This document shows positions 49,516-59,024 of a stretch of 64,000 bases of DNA, piece by piece. A model generated the notes under the pieces. That model was not told the origin of the DNA, made no database searches, and saw only the letters and a program-made list of their open reading frames with translations. Source of the DNA: Candidatus Poribacteria bacterium (lineage in GTDB: Bacteria; Poribacteria; WGA-4E; JAJDTR01); contig OZ242354.1 in the NCBI GenBank assembly GCA_965208765.1, positions 2,921,281 through 2,985,280 on the forward strand, in the 5' to 3' direction. A program made the position numbers and the translations under genes. Numbering within the stretch: position 1 is the first letter of the stretch; every line of letters begins with the position of its first letter.

Positions 49516-50598
49516 GTGCCGTTTGATACCGACCCCGACTGGCCTTCAGAGTTGAAGGGTGCCTTGACAGATTACCGCGAGGCGTGGCGGGAAAAGATGG
49601 ACGAGGTGAACGAATGTATCGCCGCCGCCTCCGACGGCGAGGAGTTGGTCGATCAGCCCGAGGTGGACCGAAAGAAACTGAGGGTGAGCGGTCCCTTCAG
49701 CGTGGAGGCGGTGCAACCCGCCGAAGAATCGCTCTATGACGATTCACCGATTGGGGGTGAACCTGACGAGGAACTTGATACATTCGAGTCCGAAGGAAGC
49801 GAATCGGCAAACGCCGAAGCCTACCTTGACGGCATGATTCGTCTGCTCCGAAACGATGGCGTCCGCTTTCCCGATGACTGCACCATGAAATTCGCTAGGC
49901 TTGACCCGCTTGAAGCCGGTGTTCTCCATGCAGAAGGCAAATGGACAGATGACGCCGAAGATCGGCTTATTGCCGTAGTGTTCGGACCTCAGCACGGTCC
50001 GGTGACGGCGATGCAGGTTGAGGAGTGCCTGCCGATTGCATCGCGCCGCGGCTATGACGACTTGGTTTTTGCGGGTTTCGGTTTCGATGGCGCCGCCCAA
50101 GCCGCCATTCAGGACGATCCGAATCCCAGAGTCCGGGTGCACATGGCACACATCAACCCCGACGTAACAATGGGCAGCTTGCTCAAAGAGACCCCCACCA
50201 GTCAACTCTTTACCGTGTTCGGCGAACCCCGCACAAAACTTGAAAAGAGGGAGGATGGTGAGTATATCGTCGAGATGGAGGGTGTCGATGTCTACAATCC
50301 CGTTGACAACATGGTGACCTCCGAAGGGAGCGACAGGGTGGCGGCATGGTTCATTGACTCCGACTACGACGGCAGAACCTTCTGCATCACCCAAGCCTTC
50401 TTTCCCGACAAGAAAGCCTGGAGCAAAATTGCCCGCGCCCTGAAAGGCGTCATTGACGAGGATCGGTTTGAGAGTTTCAGCGGCACCACATCCTTGCCGT
50501 TTCCCGCAGGCGAACACCGGCGTGTTGCCGTTAAGGTCATCGACCCCCGCGGAAACGAGGTCATGCGGGTGCACAACCTCGGTGAGCAGGGATACTGA
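49516..50598 (+). CDS. Hypothetical acidic protein inside the RM locus, function unknown
   Basis: 360 aa, GTG start with a GGAGG SD 5 nt upstream, and a Glu/Asp-rich N-terminal region. No motif recognised. It lies 17 nt after the mod stop. Confidence 0.45.
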   Translation: MPFDTDPDWPSELKGALTDYREAWREKMDEVNECIAAASDGEELVDQPEVDRKKLRVSGPFSVEAVQPAEESLYDDSPIGGEPDEELDTFESEGSESANAEAYLDGMIRLLRNDGVRFPDDCTMKFARLDPLEAGVLHAEGKWTDDAEDRLIAVVFGPQHGPVTAMQVEECLPIASRRGYDDLVFAGFGFDGAAQAAIQDDPNPRVRVHMAHINPDVTMGSLLKETPTSQLFTVFGEPRTKLEKREDGEYIVEMEGVDVYNPVDNMVTSEGSDRVAAWFIDSDYDGRTFCITQAFFPDKKAWSKIARALKGVIDEDRFESFSGTTSLPFPAGEHRRVAVKVIDPRGNEVMRVHNLGEQGY

Positions 50599-50621
50599 TG
50601 TTGAGGCGTGGCAGGAGGTAG

Positions 50622-50771
50622 ATGATGGACAAGAACCAAGACATCTTTGACGGATTCACTGTCAGCCTGTTCCTTGATGAATACGGCGATTATCTTGCGC
50701 ATTTCGTCGAACTCCCCAGTGTCTCACGCGGTAAGAAATGGGCTCAGAGTCTAGACAATCAATCCTCTTGA
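50622..50771 (+). pseudogene. N-terminal remnant of a hicB antitoxin gene
   Basis: MMDKNQDIFDGFTVSLFLDEYGDYLAHFVELPSVS is near-identical at the nucleotide level, over about 45 nt, to the start of the intact hicB at 51085. It then diverges and stops. Confidence 0.5.
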
Positions 50772-50849
50772 GATCAAAAATGCGGAGGCATTAGTTGCGA
50801 GAGTCAAGGTACGCTTGATTATCCTCACGTAACAGGATAGAATTATGGC

Positions 50850-51092
50850 ATGAATCGAAGAGATGCTTTGCTTGACAAGGCTAGGCGGAACCCAAATGGA
50901 TTGCAATTCAGAGAGTTTGAGCAACTCATGCGTCAATGCGAGTGGACACAACGCCGCCAGCGTGGTAGCCACCGGGCTTGGTATTCGCCTAAAGGATACA
51001 GGCTCATGGTCCAACCCAAGCGATCAATGGCTAAGGCTTACCAAGTTCGTCAATTCCTCATAAAATATAATCAGGAGGCAGAAGATGGCTAA
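50850..51092 (+). CDS. hicA: HicA-family toxin (YcfA-like mRNA interferase)
   Basis: 80 aa. EFEQLMRQCEWTQRRQRGSHRAWYSPKGYRLMVQPKRS is the HicA dsRBD-like signature. Confidence 0.75.
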   Translation: MNRRDALLDKARRNPNGLQFREFEQLMRQCEWTQRRQRGSHRAWYSPKGYRLMVQPKRSMAKAYQVRQFLIKYNQEAEDG

Positions 51093-51456
51093 GAACCATG
51101 ATGATTTTGATGGATTCGCAATTAACGTTTTTCTTGACGAAGATGGCGATTATCTTGCGCATTTCGTCGAACTCCCCAATGTCTCGGCTTTCGGACCAAC
51201 ACCCGCTCAAGCACTGGTTGAATTGAAAACAGCGTGGGAATTGATGAAAGAATGTTACCAGGAAGATGGTGTCCCTGTCCCTAAAGCACCGTCGCGAGAA
51301 GGATACGAGGGGCCGTTCAACGTTCCCGTTGATGCCCGACTTTATCATGAATTAGCAAAAGAAGCGGCACGAGCGGAGATGAGCCTTTACGCATTTGTAG
51401 CGGAAAAACTAGCGAAACCGACTGCCCGCGACTCAAATAGCGCGAGAGTAACATAA
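51085..51456 (+). CDS. hicB: HicB-family antitoxin
   Basis: FDGFAINVFLDEDGDYLAHFVELPNVSAFGPTPAQALVELK is the HicB RNaseH-like fold, with a C-terminal RHH-like DNA-binding tail. It overlaps hicA by 8 nt. Confidence 0.75.
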   Translation: MAKNHDDFDGFAINVFLDEDGDYLAHFVELPNVSAFGPTPAQALVELKTAWELMKECYQEDGVPVPKAPSREGYEGPFNVPVDARLYHELAKEAARAEMSLYAFVAEKLAKPTARDSNSARVT

Positions 51457-52508
51457 TGCCTGAAAAAAAATCTCATGACCTACATGATTTCATGCGCCAA
51501 CTAAGCCAGGAGATGGCTGCAGAATACGACCGCATCCAAAAGCGTGCACCCGAAGACCCAGGGACCGCTGGCGACCAAGGCGAGGCAAATTGGGCTGAAC
51601 TGTTACGTGGATGGCTCCCTCGCACCTATGAGGTTGTTACAAAGGGACGCATTATTAGCGCAGATGGGCGCACAAGTCCACAGGTTGACGTTTTAGTTCT
51701 AAAGGATGTATATCCAAAGAAATTGTTAGACAAGAAACACTACCTTGCTGCAGGAGTTGCCGCTGCCTTTGAGTGCAAAACCACTCTAAAATCTGCACAT
51801 ATTGCGGAGGCAGTACAAACCTGTGTGGAAATTAAGAACTTGTATCCAGTTCGTGAAGGATCGCCCTACAAAGAGTTGCACGCCCCCATTGTCTATGGGT
51901 TGTTAGCGCATTCTCATTCTTGGAAGGGGCCTAACTCAACGCCTGAAGAGAATATTCTGCAGAACCTGAGAGGCTCCGACGGGCTCTTCGTCACACATCC
52001 GCGTTTAAGTCTTGATATGCTATGCGTTGCCGACCTTGGAGCATGGACATTGTCAAAGATGTCGCCCAATCCACTGCTGGTTCTCGAAGACGAATCGTTG
52101 ATCTCCCAAGAAACGCCACCGTGCAGACCAGTGTGGAGTGCGTATATGGAACATACAACCTGCGTTGAAAATCAAGTCGACTATTTCACTCCGATTGGTG
52201 TTCTGATTTCCTATCTGTCAAAACTGATTGCATGGGAAGCCCCAACGTTGCGAAATCTCGTAGATTATTATCTGGCTGCACCCATTGGGGGATCCAGTAG
52301 GGGAGTGCCCCGCAAGTGGGATAGTTCAATATATAGTTCAGGGCTTCGACGCGCTGCTCAAAAGCAGACATTCGTAACTGGTGAAGCCAAGACATGGGAT
52401 GAATGGAACATGGTTTTTGGCCCCGGATTAGTTAAACATTTGAAATTTCAACTAAACGTACCGGAATCAAACCGCAGCGAACGCGAAATCAACACAGAAA
52501 CAGGATAA
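51456..52508 (+). CDS. Putative PD-(D/E)xK-fold nuclease with an uncharacterised C-terminal domain of about 230 aa, translationally coupled to hicB
   Basis: A helix carrying E (GEANWAELL), a beta-strand QVDVLVLKD and FECKT together form the E...hD...ExK arrangement. The ATG overlaps the hicB TAA. Confidence 0.45.
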   Translation: MPEKKSHDLHDFMRQLSQEMAAEYDRIQKRAPEDPGTAGDQGEANWAELLRGWLPRTYEVVTKGRIISADGRTSPQVDVLVLKDVYPKKLLDKKHYLAAGVAAAFECKTTLKSAHIAEAVQTCVEIKNLYPVREGSPYKELHAPIVYGLLAHSHSWKGPNSTPEENILQNLRGSDGLFVTHPRLSLDMLCVADLGAWTLSKMSPNPLLVLEDESLISQETPPCRPVWSAYMEHTTCVENQVDYFTPIGVLISYLSKLIAWEAPTLRNLVDYYLAAPIGGSSRGVPRKWDSSIYSSGLRRAAQKQTFVTGEAKTWDEWNMVFGPGLVKHLKFQLNVPESNRSEREINTETG

Positions 52509-52828
52509 CTTGGCAGAGAATAATGCGGCAGAAACCCGCGAACTGTAGCTGCAAGGTCCGCCGGTCCTCTGTTGGTGTGCACTACACTACTATTGTGCTC
52601 GCGTGCTTCGGAATACCTTAGTCTGAATCTCGGATTACTCGGACGTCACGGAATAAAAACCGATAGAACCCTTGAACGAAAAACCGGTGTAATCGGGTAA
52701 TCCGCGTGGGTCCAGGTCTCAGACAATCTTTGTGTGGGTATCCATCTTGAACAAGGGCAACAAACGCAACGTCATCACATCTTTCGAGACAGTGTTAACG
52801 ACATTGCGTCGACAAATCAAGCTCCCTC

Positions 52829-55805
52829 ATGAACCTAAACCAACTCGACATCCCAATCCAACCCGTTGAACAGCCCATCCTGTGCAGCCCCTACGCAGAA
52901 CCGAGCGCCCACTGGGTCTACGACACCGAGACCGGCGAAGCCATCCGGCAACCCGGACGCCGTGACGCCGGCTACTGGTACAAAACCGAGCGCACGGGCA
53001 GCGGGCAACTTCAGATTTTCCGCGAAGAGGAATGGGACGATTTGCCTTTGGTGAATAGACTACGCGACGATGTCCGAAGATGGAGAGAATCGAACTACCG
53101 AAACGCCACCAATGTAACGCGTGAACTCCTGAACCATTGGAGGCGCGAAGATAGGGAGCGGCGGCTGTTTTTCTGCCAGCTTGAAGCCGTTGAGACGGTT
53201 ATTTGGCTTGCCGAGATTCGCAGCGGGGGCAAACGCGTTAGTTTTATCCCAAATTCACTGATGACGATCGAAACAAGCTGGCTGATCCACCCGACGACAC
53301 TGACCTTCCCGAACTCATTCGCTACGGGTGCAAGATGGCGACCGGCAGCGGCAAAACCGTGGTGATGGCGATGCTGATTGCGTGGGCGTTCTGCAACCGC
53401 GGCAAAGTGCCCTCCGACGAGCGCTTTCCGAAAGCCGCGCTAGTCGTCTGCCCGAACCTGACCATCAAAGAACGGCTTCTGGTGCTCCGCCCGAATCGTC
53501 GGACAACTACTACGATGCGTTTGAACTCATTCCGACGAAACTCCGCCCGCTGCTCAACGGCGGCAAGGTGCTGGTGACGAACTGGCATCAATTCGCCTTG
53601 GAATCCCCGCAGGCGGAGGGCGGCTCCACCTACTCCGTCGTGAATAAAGGCGAGGAGACGCCGGATGCATTTGCGCAGCGTGTACTGGGCGAACTCTATG
53701 ACCGCGCGCCAATCATGGTGCTCAACGATGAGGGGCACCACGCCTACCGCCCTGCGCCGGTTGAGGAACAGCTATCCGCCGAGGAGCAGAATGAACGCCA
53801 AGATGCCACCGTTTGGATTAGCGGTCTGGACCGGATAAACTCCGCCTGCGGCGTCCGCTTCTGCGTCGATCTCTCCGCCACGCCCTTCTATATACACGGC
53901 AGCGGCCACCCGGAAGGTACCCCCTTCCCTTGGCTCGTCAGCGATTTCGGATTGGTGGACGCCATTGAGAGCGGCATCACCAAGATTCCGCGCTTGCCCG
54001 TCAGCGACACCACCGGTCGTCCCGAACCCAAATACTTCCGTCTGTGGCGCGCGATTAACGACCAAATCCTACCGGCTGATCGATTGCCAGGTAAGGCGAA
54101 GAAGCCCAAACCGGAAGCCGTGTACCGTGAAGCCGAGGACGCGCTAAACACTCTCGCCAGCCAGTGGGTGGAACGCTTTGGCTACATCCGGCAGGCATCC
54201 GATGCCAAAGACAAAACGCCGCCCGTCATGATTATCGTCTGCGACAATACCGACATTGCCGAACATTTCTTCCGAAAAATCTCCGGCGAGGTGGAAGTTG
54301 AAGACCTTGCAGAAAACGGTGGGAAGAGAAAAAAGAAAAAGGCGACCAAGACGGCATACGGACAAGGTACGGTGTTTCCCGACTTGCTGTCGAACGAACG
54401 GGACGTGCTGCGAACCCTGAGAATTGACAGCAAGATGTTGGCTGACGCGGAAAGCGACGAAACGGGAAAGAACAAAGCCCAAGCTGCCGAGGATTTGCGT
54501 CAGATTGTGGCGACGATTGGAAAGCCCGGCAAACCCGGCGAACAGGTGCGATGCGTCGTGTCCGTGGCGATGTTGAACGAAGGCTGGGACGCCAACAACG
54601 TCACGCATATCCTCGGACTGCGAGCCTTCACCAGCCAACTCCTCTGTGAACAGGTGGTTGGCAGGGGTTTGCGGCGCATGAACTACACCCCCGATCCGGA
54701 AACCGGCTTGTTGACCGAAGAATATGTCGATGTGTACGGTATCCCGTTTTCCGTCATCCCGTTCAAAGGGCGCCGCCCCGGCGCATCTGCGCCTGACCCT
54801 CCGAAGAATCATTTACGCGCCATGCCCGAACGGAAGGACTACGAGATACGTTTTCCGGTTGTGGAGGGGTACGTCTTTGCGCTCCGAAAGAACGAAATCA
54901 AGGCGGACATCAAGTCAATGGAGCCGCTCTTCGTTGAACCTGAACAGACACCCACTGCCGTTTTCGTCAAACCCGCTGTCGGCTACGAAACCGGTAATCC
55001 TTCCGCCTTGGGTCCCGGACAATTCGAAGAGCAAAATCGCCAAGAATATTACAGGACGACGCACATTCAAGCCATCAAGTTCGAGATTGCGCGGCGAATT
55101 GTCCTGAATTTGGTCGGCGGGGCCAATTTTCCACGCGATAGTAGGAGTGATCCCAAGCTTCGGTTTCAATCCCGACACCGTCTATTCCCTCAAGTCTACA
55201 GATTGGTTGATGCTTATGTCGAAATAAAAGTCGACTTTCGCGAGTGTAATCCGTGCGAGATTGGTCAAGAAAAATACACCAATCGCATAGTGGAACGCCT
55301 GACGGCGGCAATCCAACCTAACGAAGCAGAAGGTGAAACCCCGCTGCTGCCCATCCGGAATCGTTACAAACCCATCGGCACATCGGCGGAAGTGGATTTC
55401 ATGACTACCCGATCCTGCCACGGCACGGAACGCAGCCAAATCAACCAAGTCGTTCTGGATACCGAGAGGTGGGAACGTTCATCCTGCTTCCGTCTGGAGC
55501 AATCCGAGGTTGTTGACTACTATGTCCGCAACGACCACCTTGGATTCGGCATTCCATACGAATACACCGACGTGTCCCACCACTTTGAGCCCGATTTTAT
55601 TGTCCGACTCAAGAACGATGTCAACCTAATCGTGGAAATTAAGGGTCACGAAACCGATCAGGAACTTGCCAAGTATGCAGGCGCGGAACGATGGGTGTCC
55701 GCCGTCAACAACTGGAATGAGCTTGGAAAATGGGATTTCCACGTGTGCCGCGACCCGCAGCTGCTGGAGCGTGAGCTAATGTACATCGTCCAATCGGGCG
55801 AGTGA
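52829..55805 (+). pseudogene. res: Type III restriction enzyme Res subunit (SF2 helicase plus C-terminal endonuclease), disrupted by two -1 frameshifts
   Basis: Three consecutive frames: 52829-53365, 53335-53577 (Walker A, MATGSGKT) and 53328-55805 (DEGH box, helicase motifs, C-terminal PD-ExK IVEIKGHE). The frame changes occur at TTTTATCCCAAATT (about 53240-53262) and CCGCCCGAA (about 53485-53495). Confidence 0.8.
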
Positions 55806-55960
55806 GCGAAAGATCGAACAGTAAGAGCGATCAACCGAGCGGAAAGTGCGGGCGATAGAAATTCTGTTCGTTAGTGGTTCCGTGATCGTTGACGATTCAC
55901 TCGTTTGATTTTCACGGGCGCTTTCAAAGGCTGGTGCGCATTGCGCACCCTACAGATTTG
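55800..55960 (+). repeat. Degenerate MITE-like unit followed by a reverse-orientation REP hairpin
   Basis: GATCGAACAGTAAGAGCGATCAACCGAGCGGAAAGTGCGGGCGATAGAAATTC..., then GGCTGGTGCGCATTGCGCACCCTAC. Confidence 0.5.
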
Positions 55961-56134
55961 CATAGTCGAACTGAAACCTCATCCGATTTTTGTTTCAAAA
56001 ATGGCTGGAAATGATATAATCTAGCATCTCGCATCCAACCTGAATCATCAAATGTTTGAATTGCCGTGCAGCGTGCACAACCTCGGCGTCATATTTCGTA
56101 CACCCCCTCAGGATTCACTATAGGAGACTAACAT

Positions 56135-57754
56135 ATGAATCAAACGACTCACGAAGCGCCTTCCGAAAACGGCGGAGGGCACAACATCCTCATAGGCATC
56201 ATAGTCGCCATTGTCGTCGGAATCATTATCGGTGGTTGGCTGCCCGGCGTCGCCGCGAAGACTCATGTCCTCGGCGAAATCTTCCTAAACTTACTGAAGA
56301 TGATTGTCGTCCCGCTCGTCATGCTCTCAATGGTTGTCGGAATCACCGGATTGGGCGATATACGCAACCTCGGCCCCATCGGCGGGCGCACCGTTCTCTA
56401 CTACATGGCAACGACCGGAATCTCGGTGCTGATTGGCATCATCTTGGTCAACGTAATCCAGCCCGGCAAGGGCATTTCGCACGGTGAAGAACGCCCCGAT
56501 TTGGCGTATACCCTTAGCGGCGATGGGAACCGCACCGTCAATCTGACAAACGGCAAGTGGAACAAGACACGGTACAGCGAAAAATATATGCTGATGCTGT
56601 CGGATCAGCAGGTCGAGGGTGAAATCGTCTCTCTCTCCGAAATGTCGGCGACGGTAAAATTCTGGAAAAATATGGCTGAAGGCGTATTTCACATCGCAAC
56701 CGATACAGGCGAGCATCTACCGTTCCGGCGCGAAAATGGAGAGGTCGTTTCCGCCGACCCCGAACTTTCCCAGAATGGACAAGGTCTCCAAATAAAGTTG
56801 CCCGTTGCCAAGGAAGTGCGCGGCAAAGAGGAACGCGACATGGGCGGCACGCTGAAAGAGGTGCTGCTTGGCGACAAATCGACGGGAAGAGAGGGCATGA
56901 TTCCACGCAATGTCTTCAATGCGATGGTGCGGATGGAAATTTTGCCCCTGATATTTTTCTCGTTACTGATTGGCGCCACGCTTTCAGTCCTCGGCGAACG
57001 GGGGCGGCCCACCATAGCGGTTATTTCCGGCTTAAATGACGCCGTGATGCGACTGGTGCACTGGATAATGGTTCTCGCGCCTGTCGGCATCTTTGGACTC
57101 GTCGCCGGACGCATCGGTCATGCCGGGGGATTCAAGGAATTTCTGCCGGAACTGATGGCGGTGGGCAAATACAGTTTCACCGTCGTGCTTGGTCTAGGGG
57201 TGCACGGTCTTATTATATTGCCGCTTATCCTCCTGCTGATTGCCCGTCGGAATCCTATACGGTACATAAAGGGCATGAGTACGGCACTGCTGAACGCTTT
57301 CTCGACTGCGTCCTCCTCCGCCACGCTGCCGTTGACAATGAGGGCGGTGGAACACGAAAATAAGGTCTCCAATCGGACAGCGAGTTTTGTCCTGCCGCTG
57401 GGCGCCACAATCAACATGGACGGTACCGCGCTCTACGAAGCCATTGCAGCCATGTTCATTGCGCAGGTGTACGGGATTGAGCTCGGGCCAGTGCAACAGA
57501 TGGTTATCTTTCTGACGGCAACCCTGGCGGCGATTGGCGCGGCTGGAATCCCGGAAGCCGGGCTTGTCACCATGGTCGTCGTCCTTAAAGCTGTTGGCTT
57601 GCCGATTGAAGGTATCGCGCTAATACTCACGATTGATTGGTTGCTCGACCGATTCCGGACGACGGTCAATGTGTGGGGCGACAGTGTCGGTGCCGGCGTC
57701 ATCGAATCGCTCGAAAACCGTGGTAATTCGGAAGGTGCGAAGTCTAGCGAATAA
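56135..57754 (+). CDS. Dicarboxylate/amino acid:cation symporter (DAACS/GltP family) with a large extra loop after TM3
   Basis: SLC1/GltP motifs (NMDGTALYEA, AAIGAAGIPEAG). 539 aa against a typical 420-440. The insert of about 165 aa starts at HGEERPDL. Confidence 0.85.
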   Translation: MNQTTHEAPSENGGGHNILIGIIVAIVVGIIIGGWLPGVAAKTHVLGEIFLNLLKMIVVPLVMLSMVVGITGLGDIRNLGPIGGRTVLYYMATTGISVLIGIILVNVIQPGKGISHGEERPDLAYTLSGDGNRTVNLTNGKWNKTRYSEKYMLMLSDQQVEGEIVSLSEMSATVKFWKNMAEGVFHIATDTGEHLPFRRENGEVVSADPELSQNGQGLQIKLPVAKEVRGKEERDMGGTLKEVLLGDKSTGREGMIPRNVFNAMVRMEILPLIFFSLLIGATLSVLGERGRPTIAVISGLNDAVMRLVHWIMVLAPVGIFGLVAGRIGHAGGFKEFLPELMAVGKYSFTVVLGLGVHGLIILPLILLLIARRNPIRYIKGMSTALLNAFSTASSSATLPLTMRAVEHENKVSNRTASFVLPLGATINMDGTALYEAIAAMFIAQVYGIELGPVQQMVIFLTATLAAIGAAGIPEAGLVTMVVVLKAVGLPIEGIALILTIDWLLDRFRTTVNVWGDSVGAGVIESLENRGNSEGAKSSE

Positions 57755-57799
57755 ATAGTGAGCAATTGAGGGAACGGATAATGACCGTGAAAGTAATTC

Positions 57800-57905
57800 C
57801 TCTTAGGGATTCCTCAAGTTCAGGATTTCCTATTGCCTTAGGACATCTATCGCACTCCTTATTCAGTCAGTTGATCGCACCCTAAAGAAATGGTGGGCAG
57901 TGCCC
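57800..57905 (-). repeat. MITE-like unit (reverse orientation) plus a complete REP hairpin
   Basis: GATTTCCTATTGCCTTAGGACATCTATCGCACTCCTTATTCAGTCAGTTGATCGCACCCTA, then ATGGTGGGCAGTGCCCACCCTAC. Confidence 0.55.
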
Positions 57906-57935
57906 ACCCTACGAGCTAGTCACTGACCACTGCCT

Positions 57936-59024
57936 CTAGCGATTTGGCTGGATGAGGATTTTGGTTGATGATTTCGCCGTCTCAAGCGCGAGAGTCGCGT
58001 CCTCAAGGGGAAAAATCTCTGACACCAAGGATTTCACCGGTAAACGCTCTCGCGTCAGGAGTCCGATTGCCTTGGCGAATGGCCCGCAACGGGACGTCTG
58101 AATCCGCACCTCGTCAACGACAAACTTGGTAGTGTCAACGCCCGTTGCCGGCAAGCCGCAGGTGGTCTTCAGAGCAATGGTGCCGCGCGGGCGCACGATT
58201 TCGGTGGCGAGGCGTAAACCCTCGGGGCTGCCGGTAGCGTCCACAACCACGTCGGCGCCGATGCCTCCTGCCCACTCGCGCACGGCTTCAATCCATTTGG
58301 GGTGATTGGCGTTGATAGTCTCAACCGCTCCCCAAGTTAAGCCGCGCTTGAGCTTGTCCGGCGACCGAGAAACGGCGCATACCCGCGCTTCCCTGAGGGA
58401 GGCGACCGCACAAATCAGCAATCCCAATCTGCCGATGCCAAGAACGACAACGCGGCTCGACGGGGAAATCGGCGTCAACTCGAATGTCTGAATGGCTGCG
58501 GCAAGCGGTTCAATGAAAACACCCTCCTCCCAAGAGATTGTATCGGGGAGAGGGTGCAGGTTCAATACCGGCACACGGACATATTCGGCGTATGCGCCGT
58601 CATAGTTGACGATACCCACGACGGTGCGTTCGATGCAGTGATTGGACAGTCCGCGTCGGCATGCCGCGCAGAACGTTTCACGATTATACGCGCGGCAGGT
58701 GTTGTTGATCTCCGCGGTAACCCGTTTCCCAATCCAAGGGTGATTGTCTTCGGATCCAACTTCAACAACGTCGCCAACCAACTCGTGTCCGAGCACCAAT
58801 GGAAGAGGTACGGTATAATCCCCGGAGAATAGAGCAATGTCGGTGCCGCACACGCCGGCAAACTCTACGCGAACGATTGCCTCGCTCGGTTGCAAAGATG
58901 GGAACCGGCGCGTGACAATTTCAAATTTACGTATCCCCGAGAGTGTGGCAGCGCGATGATTTGGCATCATGTCGGTTTGTGATATTTTGCGGGAAGGATG
59001 CCACCATTGTAACGCGGGGAGCAT
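57936..59024 (-). CDS. Zinc-dependent alcohol dehydrogenase of the MDR family (threonine/sorbitol dehydrogenase-like)
   Basis: GVCGTDIALFSG is the catalytic zinc motif. PLVLGHELVG and the Rossmann GxGxxG (VLGIGRLG) are present. Confidence 0.8.
   Translation of the reverse strand: MLPALQWWHPSRKISQTDMMPNHRAATLSGIRKFEIVTRRFPSLQPSEAIVRVEFAGVCGTDIALFSGDYTVPLPLVLGHELVGDVVEVGSEDNHPWIGKRVTAEINNTCRAYNRETFCAACRRGLSNHCIERTVVGIVNYDGAYAEYVRVPVLNLHPLPDTISWEEGVFIEPLAAAIQTFELTPISPSSRVVVLGIGRLGLLICAVASLREARVCAVSRSPDKLKRGLTWGAVETINANHPKWIEAVREWAGGIGADVVVDATGSPEGLRLATEIVRPRGTIALKTTCGLPATGVDTTKFVVDEVRIQTSRCGPFAKAIGLLTRERLPVKSLVSEIFPLEDATLALETAKSSTKILIQPNR

Noticed and set aside
49499-49516. The 360-aa ORF being simply the C-terminal continuation of mod, a single gene split by a frameshift
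   Set aside because: It is in a different frame with its own strong GGAGG SD and a GTG start. Mod ends after a complete motif I and the usual C-terminal helices. Fusion cannot be fully excluded, so it is retained as a separate feature with low confidence.
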